A DNA stretch of 64,000 bases from a virus (taxonomy: Duplodnaviria; Heunggongvirae; Uroviricota; Caudoviricetes): IMG/VR virus record IMGVR_UViG_3300049811_000196, positions 1 through 64,000 of that record. One strand, 5' to 3'. The notes below the pieces were generated by a model. The model saw only the letters and a list, made by a program, of their open reading frames with translations, made no database searches and was not told where the DNA came from. Of the stretch, positions 30,619 through 39,149 are shown one piece after another (the first letter of the stretch is position 1; each line of letters begins with the position of its first letter). Position numbers and translations under genes: made by a program.

Positions 30619-32007
30619 TTAGTTCAACTTATCGTAAACCATGTCGGCAATTTTTTCATAAAATGATTGATCATGGAGAACTTTTTTAAGTGAATCCGCC
30701 AAAATCATTTCTTTGGTCATTGATGTGTCCTTTGTTTTTGACAGACCAACCTGAACAAGATATGATTTGATGCAGACAATAAAGTGTTCAGCCTTTATTG
30801 TTTTGTCTCCACGAATAACCATGTTACTTTTCACGTTCTCGATGATTTCCGCCATGAACGCCGGAGCGATCTTACTGTTTTCAATCAAGTTGTAAACAGG
30901 GTTGAAATCTCCTTCGAGTTCAATTCCTTCACAGAAATGATCGATATATTTCTTCGCGGTAGATGAATTCAAATACCCGAGAGAAATAATTGAACCGATA
31001 CGTTTACCACGAAGGAAGGTGGGTTCAATCAACTCAATGTGGTTGGTTGTGAACAGAGCGATTACGTTCATGTTCTTCGTATCTCCACCGTCAAGAGTAT
31101 TCAGGATGTCCTGAAGAGCACTATCCCTTTCACCCCTTGTTACCTGATCGATGTCTTCAACAAAAACGATAATACCATTACCATTTTTATCCAACATTTT
31201 AGACATACGAAGAGTATCTGCCAAAAGTGACGGAGTTTTCAGGTAGATAAATGACCAACCATTTTGAATGGCTTCCTTCGCCAATTTAAACGCCAACAAT
31301 GTTTTACCCGTACCATAGGGTCCTTCGAGAATACATCCAAATTTCAATGGAATGTTATTTTCGATACACTTTTGAGGATAGTTAATCCTTGCCTTTAATG
31401 GACTAAGAGCATATTCGGTCTCATCAGACAAAATCATGACTTCTTTATCAATGTTGGAGAGGTCAAGAATTTCGGGTTGACCGTTATTGATTTTTGAATT
31501 GATTTCAAACGCTTGGTATTTGTATACCGAATCGGTATTCAAAAGTTCCTTTGTGCGATCGATGATGTCATCAATAATGTGCTGATACTTAAATTGACAA
31601 GTTCCCCGTACAAGAAGAATTTTTTCATCATTAAAGTACCTGATGTCAATTTTTGCATCCTCACCCATTTCAGGTAATGCGATTTCACCATATGGAATTT
31701 TTTTACGAATACCATTAGCGAGAACAACCTCAACGGTTTCGATTGGTCTGTCTCCAGAGATCGATTTATTTTCTTTCACACTGGAGGCACCAATTTTTTC
31801 TTCGATAGCCCTGTGTAATTGGTAAATACCATCATTCAAAAAACAAGAAATCTTGTAATTGAAATTGGTCATTTTTTTAGCCTGCTCAAACTCGTTTTCC
31901 AAATACATTAATATTTGGTCATACGTTTTGTTGCTTTCAGCTAATTTCTTGAGTTCACTTTTCTTTTCCTGTTGCCAAGCTTTTTGGGCTTTTACTAATT
32001 CTTTCAT
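30619..32007 (-). CDS. AAA+ ATPase
   Basis: Walker A GPYGTGKT. Walker B IVFVEDIDQ. Confidence 0.65.
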   Translation of the reverse strand: MKELVKAQKAWQQEKKSELKKLAESNKTYDQILMYLENEFEQAKKMTNFNYKISCFLNDGIYQLHRAIEEKIGASSVKENKSISGDRPIETVEVVLANGIRKKIPYGEIALPEMGEDAKIDIRYFNDEKILLVRGTCQFKYQHIIDDIIDRTKELLNTDSVYKYQAFEINSKINNGQPEILDLSNIDKEVMILSDETEYALSPLKARINYPQKCIENNIPLKFGCILEGPYGTGKTLLAFKLAKEAIQNGWSFIYLKTPSLLADTLRMSKMLDKNGNGIIVFVEDIDQVTRGERDSALQDILNTLDGGDTKNMNVIALFTTNHIELIEPTFLRGKRIGSIISLGYLNSSTAKKYIDHFCEGIELEGDFNPVYNLIENSKIAPAFMAEIIENVKSNMVIRGDKTIKAEHFIVCIKSYLVQVGLSKTKDTSMTKEMILADSLKKVLHDQSFYEKIADMVYDKLN

Positions 32008-32243
32008 AATTTTTTAATTATGGTTTTACATTGTTGGTGAGAAAGTTCTAAACATCCAAAGGATATTCCAAAGTCTGTTCTTATCATTTTAAGGTCTTTA
32101 CCTAAATCAACCCTATCATATGATGATTTGTATGCCTCTTTGACATGTGAATAGAGAACCCTGTTATTTTTAAAAACAATTTCTTTTGTGGTTTCATCAT
32201 AATAGATGGGTAAACCTTCCTTAGAAAAATCTAACACAATCAT
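32004..32243 (-). CDS. small hypothetical protein
   Basis: 79-aa ORF whose start overlaps the upstream stop. Confidence 0.3.
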   Translation of the reverse strand: MIVLDFSKEGLPIYYDETTKEIVFKNNRVLYSHVKEAYKSSYDRVDLGKDLKMIRTDFGISFGCLELSHQQCKTIIKKL

Positions 32244-32358
32244 ATAACAATATCATTGATTTTATTACACATCAAAGGAAAGACATTATTGCGAATACAC
32301 AAAATATTTTTCTTGATTTTTTTAAAAAAAAAATATAAAAGTAAATATGTTTTACTTG

Positions 32359-32442
32359 TCCCATTGGTCAGATTCGAACTGACGATGTTTATTTCAGATC
32401 TCATGAGAATCTTGTCTTCGACCAACTTGACAACACAATGGG
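32359..32442 (-). tRNA. tRNA (CAT) with extended variable arm
   Basis: Acceptor CCCATTG/CAATGGG. Anticodon arm AGATT-CTCATGA-GATCT. Confidence 0.65.
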
Positions 32443-32506
32443 AAAAATGGGGTCCGATATCCGCGTTTCCATCTCACTCGGACCAACATGAGCTTCCGAC
32501 GGGTTG

Positions 32507-32583
32507 TGTGTACAACGAGATTCGAACTCGCACCTAACTAGATCCACAATCTAGCCCCGAAGACCAATACGGGTTCTGTACAC
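32507..32583 (-). tRNA. tRNA-His (GTG)
   Basis: Acceptor GTGTACA/TGTACAC. Anticodon arm CTAGA-TTGTGGA-TCTAG. Confidence 0.8.
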
Positions 32584-32591
32584 CATGTAAG

Positions 32592-32662
32592 AGGTAGTTG
32601 AGAGGATCGAACTCCCGTAGTGGGATTTGCAGTCCCATACCTAACCACTCGGTCAAACTACC
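32592..32662 (-). tRNA. tRNA-Cys (GCA)
   Basis: Acceptor GGTAGTT/AACTACC. Anticodon arm TGGGA-CTGCAAA-TCCCA. Confidence 0.85.
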
Positions 32663-32814
32663 ATATTCTTTAATTCTTTCAAAGAAACTAATACACTCTC
32701 AAGCCATTCAATAATATCAGGACAAGAAAACTCATTCTGTTTGTAATTGAATAACTCTTCTTCGGTAATACGTATCTGTTCATCTAATGTAATGAAGATA
32801 TACCTCCTTTTTGA

Positions 32815-33189
32815 TTAATTCTCTTTGTTAACAATCCATCTCAACATTAATTTTGAATCCATGTGTGAATGGAAATCAGCATCGCCCATGTCATCAACCG
32901 GTACTTCAAAATAAATGGTTTCATCGTTTAACATGGTTAAATAATATGCCATTTTTTTTCTGATGTGTGTTAATGTTGCCTTTGGATTTTCTTTAAGTAA
33001 TCCTTTTTTAATTTCGTTTAAAGTCATCATAGTATTTGTTTTATAATTAGTTATTAATAGAGGAATATATGGTGAATATATTTTTGATGGATGCATTAGA
33101 GCATCGATAACCTCTTTATATGTTATGTGGTTTTTCATAGTATCTGTTTTTTTGATTTTCAACCGCGTCAATAAACCATTTCGGTGCAT
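32815..33189 (-). CDS. hypothetical protein
   Basis: 124-aa ORF overlapping 33116..33490 by 74 nt. Confidence 0.3.
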   Translation of the reverse strand: MHRNGLLTRLKIKKTDTMKNHITYKEVIDALMHPSKIYSPYIPLLITNYKTNTMMTLNEIKKGLLKENPKATLTHIRKKMAYYLTMLNDETIYFEVPVDDMGDADFHSHMDSKLMLRWIVNKEN

Positions 33190-33490
33190 TTATTTCTTCA
33201 CAAATTTTTTCAAATTCTATTTTTGGTAAAATTCCTTTTGCTCTATCTTCAGCATACATTTTAATATGAAGATTTATAGAACTTTTTGTTTTCATCAATG
33301 ATTGATATATGTTTGGATGTCTGGTGGGTTTTAATACCCTCTTACCTCGACTATCGACATTATAAAATAACGTTACTCCATCAATACCATTTCTATCAAA
33401 AACAACTTCTTCAAAAGGTTTACCATCGAAATTAAACTTCTTTCTTAACGAGAAATACCATTTAATCTGTTCAAGAACTTCTTTTTTCAT
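33116..33490 (-). CDS. hypothetical protein
   Basis: 124-aa ORF. Confidence 0.3.
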   Translation of the reverse strand: MKKEVLEQIKWYFSLRKKFNFDGKPFEEVVFDRNGIDGVTLFYNVDSRGKRVLKPTRHPNIYQSLMKTKSSINLHIKMYAEDRAKGILPKIEFEKICEEINAPKWFIDAVENQKNRYYEKPHNI

Positions 33491-33491
33491 G

Positions 33492-33564
33492 ATCCCCCAT
33501 TTGGATTCGAACCAAAACGATCAGACTCAAATTCTGATATGCTAGCCAGTTACATCATAGGGGA
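33492..33564 (-). tRNA. tRNA-Gln (TTG)
   Basis: Acceptor TCCCCTA/TGGGGGA. Anticodon arm TCAGA-ATTTGAG-TCTGA. Confidence 0.85.
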
Positions 33565-33570
33565 ATGTAG

Positions 33571-33642
33571 TACCCTCGAAGAGATTCAAACTCCTGCTTT
33601 CCGGTCCGTAGCCGGAGGTTCTATTCACTAAACTACGAGGGC
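33571..33642 (-). tRNA. tRNA-Arg (ACG)
   Basis: Acceptor GCCCTCG/CGAGGGT. Anticodon arm TCCGG-CTACGGA-CCGGA. Confidence 0.85.
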
Positions 33643-33649
33643 AAGTAGA

Positions 33650-33934
33650 CTACCACGATATTTTAACATATTCACGGAGCCTGCTTTGTTTTTTTTCAAT
33701 TGTGATGTTTTTGTTCATCCATTGTTTCCTGTTTTTGGAAACCAATTTCCAAGATGGATGTCTAATTTCATTTTTTTTGAATGTACTACCATAAAACTTT
33801 TTTTTGGTATTACACCCCTTGTTAAATGAACACCGATCACATTTGATTTTTCCTTTTCTGTTTAAACTTATTTTATAAAGTTTGGAAAACAGATTTCGAT
33901 TTGTTGTTTCTTTTAATTCCTGTTTGTTTTTCAT
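33650..33934 (-). CDS. small basic Cys-containing protein
   Basis: CDRCSFNKGCN. Confidence 0.3.
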   Translation of the reverse strand: MKNKQELKETTNRNLFSKLYKISLNRKGKIKCDRCSFNKGCNTKKKFYGSTFKKNEIRHPSWKLVSKNRKQWMNKNITIEKKQSRLREYVKISW

Positions 33935-33977
33935 TCTTGTAACTTTTGTTACAAGAGGTCATAGATTTTTTTCATGT

Positions 33978-34466
33978 TTATTGATTTAAAAGGTTTATGA
34001 TATTTTCTTTAACTCCTTTCGATTTTATTCCCAATCCATATGGTGACCAAATGAAATTATCCAATAGAAATTGTTCCATGTCCAAGTCATCAACAGCGAC
34101 CCAATTTGTTATTCCCAAATGAGTGTTTTCTTCCAGAAATGTTTTAATTTCTTTTGATCTTATCTTTTCAAGATTTAATCCTCCCCTAAAAGATGGTGTA
34201 AATCCAATAGGTCTTTTTTTAATTCCCCTATTAATAAACATATCACCCATTTCATTTAAAGAACAATGAAATCTCCAATCAGACGATATAACGATTTCAC
34301 AATCTGTCGCATCTATGATTTCATTTAATACCGCAATTGCGTCTTCATCAAAAGGATCAAAAGTTGCGTCAATATGAGACGGATTTGTTTTTCTAACTTC
34401 AAACCGTAATCCCCATTGTTCTTCCAAACATATGACGCCATCATGATCTAAAAATAATACTTTCAT
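33978..34466 (-). CDS. HAD-superfamily phosphatase-like protein (polynucleotide 3'-phosphatase-like)
   Basis: Motif I VLFLDHDGVI. Motif IV VAVDDLD. Confidence 0.45.
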   Translation of the reverse strand: MKVLFLDHDGVICLEEQWGLRFEVRKTNPSHIDATFDPFDEDAIAVLNEIIDATDCEIVISSDWRFHCSLNEMGDMFINRGIKKRPIGFTPSFRGGLNLEKIRSKEIKTFLEENTHLGITNWVAVDDLDMEQFLLDNFIWSPYGLGIKSKGVKENIINLLNQ

Positions 34467-34469
34467 AAA

Positions 34470-35105
34470 TTAATTATTTAATGTGCTGGGATAATAAAGC
34501 AACGTCGGATTTTTCTTCTGAATATCCAATTCAGGATATTTCTTTTTGAATTCCATTACGTCAAATCTTTCTGTAATTAAATGTACCCCATTTTTTGTTG
34601 GGATTACAGTTAAAATCTTATTCCCTTCCGGTCTGCAATTATTGTTGATATATGTAGATACTTCTTCAATAATGTTTTCATCTTTTGTGTCGATATCAAC
34701 AATCCATCTTTTTTCCGTTGTTTTTATTTGACCAACAACGGTATCGAATAACCCTTGCTGACGAATAACCCCATTTTTTATTCTTTCCGCCAATACCACC
34801 ATCATATCCAATGAAACATCTTTATGATTTTGTTTTTGAATATGGATATATGCTCTGGCGGAAAAGAATTCACATAACTTAACGATTTCATCATATCTTT
34901 TTTCAAGATATTCAATGGATTCAATCGTATATGTTTTTATCGTTCTGACAGATTGATGATTATCTCTTTCACCTTCTGGTTGATCTTTTTTTCTCTTAAA
35001 AACATATAACATATAGAAATCACCTTCGTCCTCAAAATTCAATAATGGTTTGATTAAATCAATATTGTTTATGATTTCCATTGAGTTTTTCTGTTGTGTT
35101 TCCAT
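34470..35105 (-). CDS. hypothetical protein
   Basis: 211-aa ORF. Confidence 0.4.
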   Translation of the reverse strand: METQQKNSMEIINNIDLIKPLLNFEDEGDFYMLYVFKRKKDQPEGERDNHQSVRTIKTYTIESIEYLEKRYDEIVKLCEFFSARAYIHIQKQNHKDVSLDMMVVLAERIKNGVIRQQGLFDTVVGQIKTTEKRWIVDIDTKDENIIEEVSTYINNNCRPEGNKILTVIPTKNGVHLITERFDVMEFKKKYPELDIQKKNPTLLYYPSTLNN

Positions 35106-35296
35106 GTTTTATATGATCTCATTTTAAATTTGTAAATATATTTTTTAGAGGGTTTTGATCCCGCATGTTTTCTTGGAAAATAGTATCCACCTTTTTCGAA
35201 ATAAAGATCGTAAAATTCTTCGTTGGTGAAAAACTTATATTCCCTTCTGTCTGTGGTTATTTTGGCAACCTTACCATTTTTCTTTTGTGGTTTCAT
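35069..35296 (-). CDS. small basic hypothetical protein
   Basis: 75-aa ORF. Confidence 0.3.
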   Translation of the reverse strand: MKPQKKNGKVAKITTDRREYKFFTNEEFYDLYFEKGGYYFPRKHAGSKPSKKYIYKFKMRSYKTWKHNRKTQWKS

Positions 35297-35354
35297 TTTG
35301 CTTTGATTTTATTCAAAGCATGTCATATTTCTTTTTCATTTTTAATTATTTTGG

Positions 35355-35425
35355 CACGAGCATCCGAATTCGAATCGAAACCTTGACTTTTGGAGAGTCG
35401 TATGCTACCGTTACACTATGCTCGT
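35355..35425 (-). tRNA. tRNA-Trp (CCA)
   Basis: Acceptor ACGAGCA/TGCTCGT. Loop CTCCAAA. T-arm TTCGA-TTCGAAT-TCGGA. Confidence 0.7.
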
Positions 35426-35454
35426 GTGTGTTTATTTAATTTAAAAGTTTAAAG

Positions 35455-35544
35455 TGGGGGCGACAGGATTCGAACCTGCGATCGAGAACATTATCTCTCT
35501 AGATTAAAAGTCTAGTACATTGGGCCAACTATGCGAACGCCCCC
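35455..35544 (-). tRNA. tRNA-Lys (TTT) with long extra arm
   Basis: Acceptor GGGGGCG/CGCCCCC. Anticodon arm CTAGA-CTTTTAA-TCTAG. 15-nt variable hairpin GAGA-TAATGT-TCTC. Confidence 0.7.
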
Positions 35545-35600
35545 ATTTTCCGTTTGTCTGATTTGTCACTTTCCATATTCTTTATTTTTTAAGATTTAAT

Positions 35601-36017
35601 TCAGAGAGAAACCTGAATTTTATTTTTTTCAAACCATTCTTCAAGTGTGAATACGTTGTATTCAATTCCCTGAATATCATATTTGTCAAAAGAATACCCC
35701 ATGAATTCAACTTGTTCAAAAAATGTTTCTCCAATTGTTTTATGTTCTTTCCAATCTTTATCCTTGAAATATTCCAATACATCAAAGACAAATTTCTCTT
35801 TGCTTTCATATTCAAATGGAATAACAACATCAGATGAATATGTGTATCCATCACCGATTGTATGACATAAGATTAGTTTCATTTTATACTGTTTTAGTTG
35901 TAAATGATGCGGTCTATTACGGATTCGAACCGAAATTACTGCATAGACAGTGCAGCGTGGTACCATTACACTAATAGACCATTTATTGTTTTTTAAAAAT
36001 TTTTGGCGGATTTTCAC
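35601..36017 (-). CDS. hypothetical protein
   Basis: 138-aa ORF. The alternative-frame ORF 35582..35854 is less likely. Confidence 0.35.
   Translation of the reverse strand: MKIRQKFLKNNKWSISVMVPRCTVYAVISVRIRNRPHHLQLKQYKMKLILCHTIGDGYTYSSDVVIPFEYESKEKFVFDVLEYFKDKDWKEHKTIGETFFEQVEFMGYSFDKYDIQGIEYNVFTLEEWFEKNKIQVSL
35910..35980 (-). tRNA. tRNA-Asp (GTC)
   Basis: Acceptor GGTCTAT/ATAGACC. Anticodon arm CTGCA-CTGTCTA-TGCAG. Confidence 0.8.
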
Positions 36018-36930
36018 CGTAACTTCTTATCCATTTTCTAATTGCGTTATCACTAACGCCATATTTTTTTCCAGTACCAACATACCCCAATTCTTTAATT
36101 TCTTTAATAAGAATTTCAAGTGATGGTCTAAAGACCTTTCTTTGTTTTAATTTTGCACATGTGCAGCAAATCCGATCTTTTGATTTAATTATGTTTCCAC
36201 AAGGACAAAAATATGTTTTACGAATTCTTTGTTTTTTTTCTTTTTTACTAAAAATACCAAACGAATAATTTTCTTTTTTATCGGCAGAATTTAAAATTTT
36301 TTCCAATTCAAAAAGAAAAGTGTTTAAATTTTTTTTAACCTCACTTTCTGTAACCCTAACAACAACCCACCCATTTTCTTTTAGGTGTTTATCTTTTTTT
36401 TCATCTTGATTTTTTCTTTCCTCAAGTTGATGTTGTGATCCGTCTATTTCTACCGCAACTTTTTCATTTAAAAAAGCAAAATCAATAAAAAAGGGGAATA
36501 CCGACCATTCTCTTTCAATTCTATATTTTTCACCCCAATTCTCCAATGTTATCTTATCTAAAAATAATCTTTCAGGGTATGATAGATTTTTTTTCCTCCA
36601 TGCTGTTTGTTCGGGATTATTTTTCATGAACAACAAACGCTTTTCTCTCAATTTTTGCTTACTTTCTTCAGTATGTTTAAATGGGTATTTTATAATAGAT
36701 ACCCTGCGAGCATCAGATTGGTTTCTTATCTTATCTGCTAATAGTTTTCTTATTGTTTCAGAGTGAATTTTAAATTTTTTCCTTAGATCATTAATAGAAA
36801 ATAATTGATTCACATACAAATCAATTATTTCGTTTTTAACTGAATTAAGATGTTTACATGCTTTTTCGTGAGATAACATTTGTTTACCCTTTAATTTAAA
36901 CTCTTTTTTACATATTGAACACTTTTGCAT
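35983..36930 (-). CDS. DUF559/Vsr-like (PD-(D/E)XK) homing endonuclease with Zn-ribbon and C-terminal HTH
   Basis: FIDFAFLNEKVAVEIDGSQH...GWVVVRV. CPCGN...CCTCAK. GTGKKYGVSDNAIRKWI. Confidence 0.7.
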   Translation of the reverse strand: MQKCSICKKEFKLKGKQMLSHEKACKHLNSVKNEIIDLYVNQLFSINDLRKKFKIHSETIRKLLADKIRNQSDARRVSIIKYPFKHTEESKQKLREKRLLFMKNNPEQTAWRKKNLSYPERLFLDKITLENWGEKYRIEREWSVFPFFIDFAFLNEKVAVEIDGSQHQLEERKNQDEKKDKHLKENGWVVVRVTESEVKKNLNTFLFELEKILNSADKKENYSFGIFSKKEKKQRIRKTYFCPCGNIIKSKDRICCTCAKLKQRKVFRPSLEILIKEIKELGYVGTGKKYGVSDNAIRKWIRSYGENPPKIFKKQ

Positions 36931-36992
36931 TTGAAGTATTTATAATAAATACTTCGAACCGTCATCAAGTCATATAACTCAATAAAAAATAG

Positions 36993-37064
36993 TATCCCTA
37001 CACAGAGTTGAACTGAGATCTTAACATTGAAAATGTTACGTGCGAACCGTTACACCATAGGGAC
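36993..37064 (-). tRNA. tRNA-Glu (TTC)
   Basis: Acceptor GTCCCTA/TAGGGAT. Anticodon arm TAACA-TTTTCAA-TGTTA. Confidence 0.8.
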
Positions 37065-37075
37065 ATTAAAACATG

Positions 37076-37147
37076 TGGTAAGAGGCGGGATCGAACCGCC
37101 GACCAGATCATCTTCAGTGATCCACTCTACCGCTGAGTTACCTTACC
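37076..37147 (-). tRNA. tRNA-Phe (GAA)
   Basis: Acceptor GGTAAGG/TCTTACC. Anticodon arm GATCA-CTGAAGA-TGATC. Confidence 0.85.
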
Positions 37148-37161
37148 ATATTATTTTTTTG

Positions 37162-37242
37162 TTGGCACGGAGGGATTTGAACCCACGTTTTCAACACCGC
37201 TACAAGTTCTCCATCTTATCAGGATGGGCTGAGTACGTGCCA
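37162..37242 (-). pseudogene. tRNA-Ile (GAT)-like gene without canonical D-arm
   Basis: Perfect anticodon arm CCATC-CTGATAA-GATGG and acceptor TGGCACG/CGTGCCA. Only 8 nt between acceptor and anticodon stem. 24 nt between anticodon arm and T-arm. Confidence 0.4.
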
Positions 37243-37276
37243 ATCTCCATTATGTCAAAGAACCAAAGTTCAAAAG

Positions 37277-37350
37277 TGGACACGGTGGGATTCGAACCCT
37301 ACGATAAGCCACTGGGTGGGGCCGGCAACCAACCACCGCATCGTGCCCAA
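37277..37350 (-). pseudogene. degenerate tRNA-like element
   Basis: Acceptor TGGGCAC/GTGTCCA and GGG-TTCGAAT-CCC. Other arms do not fold. Confidence 0.3.
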
Positions 37351-37419
37351 AATAATTTCGTGTCTGTAGAACCTATATATTTCTACACTTAGAGTTCTAA
37401 TGTAGGTTAGAACAACGTG

Positions 37420-37494
37420 TGGACCGAGTGGGTATCGAACCCACCTCACTCTCCTTGCAAGGGAGAATCGCCAATCCGTGGTACATGTCAGCCC
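37420..37494 (-). tRNA. tRNA-Ala (TGC)
   Basis: Acceptor GGGCTGA/TCGGTCC, including G-U pairs. Anticodon arm TCTCC-CTTGCAA-GGAGA. Weak D-arm. Confidence 0.65.
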
Positions 37495-37506
37495 AAAAAC
37501 AAAAAA

Positions 37507-37535
37507 CCTCGGAATTTTTTGTTCCGAGGTTTGTT
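37507..37535. terminator. rho-independent terminator hairpin
   Basis: cctcggaa tttttt gttccgagg followed by T's. Confidence 0.6.
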
Positions 37536-37798
37536 TTACTTAAAGATCTATGTTTTCTTAAATCTTTTCTGTATAAACAGTTCGGAACAAGGCAATATCA
37601 TCCTGCTTCGCCCATTCACAACGAATAATAAATGACATTTTATGTTGGTACTGTTTCATTTGAAAAATTTAAGTTTTATTTCTTTTACAAAGATATATAT
37701 AAATATTGTAAAAACAAACAAAATTCAAAAAATATTTTTTTTGTGTGGATCATTCCGGGATCGAACCGGAGACATGGACATTTATAATTATAAAATTG

Positions 37799-37870
37799 TG
37801 ATTCCAGTGGGATTCGAACCCACGTAAATACTTTTAGAGAGTACTGTTTTAACCACTAAACTATGGAATC
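37799..37870 (-). tRNA. putative amber-reading tRNA, anticodon CTA
   Basis: GATTCCA-TA-GTTT-AGTGGTTA-AAAC-A-GTACT-CTCTAAA-AGTAT-TTAC-GTGGG-TTCGAAT-CCCAC-TGGAATC-A. All arms canonical, U33, A37. Confidence 0.7.
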
Positions 37871-38572
37871 GAGTTTTTTAAATGCTTTTACCCATTTTCT
37901 GATTGAATTATCTGAAACACCGTATTTTTTTCCGGTACCAACATAACCTAAAACTTCAATATCATGTAATAAAGTCATATAATCTGGTCGAGGTACTTTT
38001 CTAAGGTGTTTGTTTTTATTAATGTGATGGTGAGCATCAAGTATTTTGGGTTCTTTCTTATTTTTTTTGTTTTTAATGTTTTTTCCGCAATGAGTTTCTA
38101 AAGTGGCATTACAATTTGGGCATAAAAATCTTAAGTTATTTAATCTATTATCATCATTAACGCCGTTTATATGATCTAAAATTAATGATATTTTTTTACC
38201 GTTCCATATTCCAATATTAGAACATAAAACACATTTATACTCCAATACGTTTTCTTTTATTATGCGTTTTTTTAAAGATGTCCTATCGTATGTTGAATTT
38301 TCAACTAACATGTCCAACATTGGTGTTTTATAACCATTGTTAGGATATTTCCGAAGAAAAGAACTATGATTTAAAAAATGGGATACATCAAATCCATTAT
38401 CCATAATCAATTTTTTAATTTTTTTATAATTACTTCCATTAATGTTCCAACCCAATTGAATCATTACATCTTTATAAGTTTCACTGTTTTTAATAATTTG
38501 CAATAAATTGTCCATATATGATAAATATGGACATATAATCAAAAAGGTTCGATGGTTCGAAAAAAAAAACAA
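37856..38572 (-). CDS. HNH homing endonuclease with C-terminal HTH
   Basis: DHINGVNDDNRLNNLRFLCPNCNATLETHC. C-terminal GTGKKYGVSDNSIRKWV. The 3' end overlaps the tRNA(CTA) 5' end by 15 nt. Confidence 0.8.
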   Translation of the reverse strand: MFFFSNHRTFLIICPYLSYMDNLLQIIKNSETYKDVMIQLGWNINGSNYKKIKKLIMDNGFDVSHFLNHSSFLRKYPNNGYKTPMLDMLVENSTYDRTSLKKRIIKENVLEYKCVLCSNIGIWNGKKISLILDHINGVNDDNRLNNLRFLCPNCNATLETHCGKNIKNKKNKKEPKILDAHHHINKNKHLRKVPRPDYMTLLHDIEVLGYVGTGKKYGVSDNSIRKWVKAFKKLDSIV

Positions 38573-38585
38573 TTTTTCAAAGAAC

Positions 38586-38609
38586 TAAAAAATTAGTGGT
38601 ATTTTCATA
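38586..38609 (-). terminator. hairpin plus T-run on minus strand
   Basis: ttagtggtat tttc ataccactaa, with a T-run downstream on the minus strand. Confidence 0.45.
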
Positions 38610-38789
38610 CCACTAATGATCCATTTGTGTAGTTTTACGACGTATCCAACTTTCGTCGAGGGTCTCAGTCACTATACTACACTCACCCTGTTACTTAGCC
38701 AAATCGTTCCCCATCCGGTGAACTGTCCACATCAGCCTATCATAGGTTTTAAGGACACCTGTGTTGGAGTTCCGATGCGAAGATAAGAA

Positions 38790-39149
38790 TTATTCAGAAT
38801 ATTCCAAATTTTTCATTATCTCATATTCCTCCTTGGATGTTTTCTTCTTGGGTTTCCATCCTCTTTCAATACGTTCTTTATTGATGATTTTTTTGTTTTT
38901 CCTTTCAATAAAGTAATTGATTAATTCCGTAGAACATTCTTTGTGGATTTTTTCGATTTGATCGAAAATCTCCGCCTTTTGTTTTTCGGTAAGAGGGTTT
39001 TTTTGTCTGTTATGTATTGCTGTCCAATACTCACGACTTCCTCTTTTTAATCCATAACAAGGATCTAAAAGTTTATGGATTTGATTTGAGAATTTCGATT
39101 TGATCATCATCGTTGGGTTATGTGATGATTTTTTTTGTGAATTTTTCAT
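38790..39149 (-). CDS. hypothetical basic protein
   Basis: 119-aa ORF. Confidence 0.4.
   Translation of the reverse strand: MKNSQKKSSHNPTMMIKSKFSNQIHKLLDPCYGLKRGSREYWTAIHNRQKNPLTEKQKAEIFDQIEKIHKECSTELINYFIERKNKKIINKERIERGWKPKKKTSKEEYEIMKNLEYSE

Noticed and set aside
37746-37806. 60-nt T-arm plus acceptor element read as a tRNA
   Set aside because: Its supposed 5' acceptor is the 3' acceptor of the adjacent tRNA(CTA). The internal 14-nt palindrome cannot form an anticodon arm. Likely a 3'-half remnant.
37027-37827. Plus-strand ORFs 37027..37392, 37417..37635 and 37642..37827
   Set aside because: They overlap the densely packed minus-strand tRNA genes and contain translated T-arm motifs (GIEPP, GFEP). 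Not coding.
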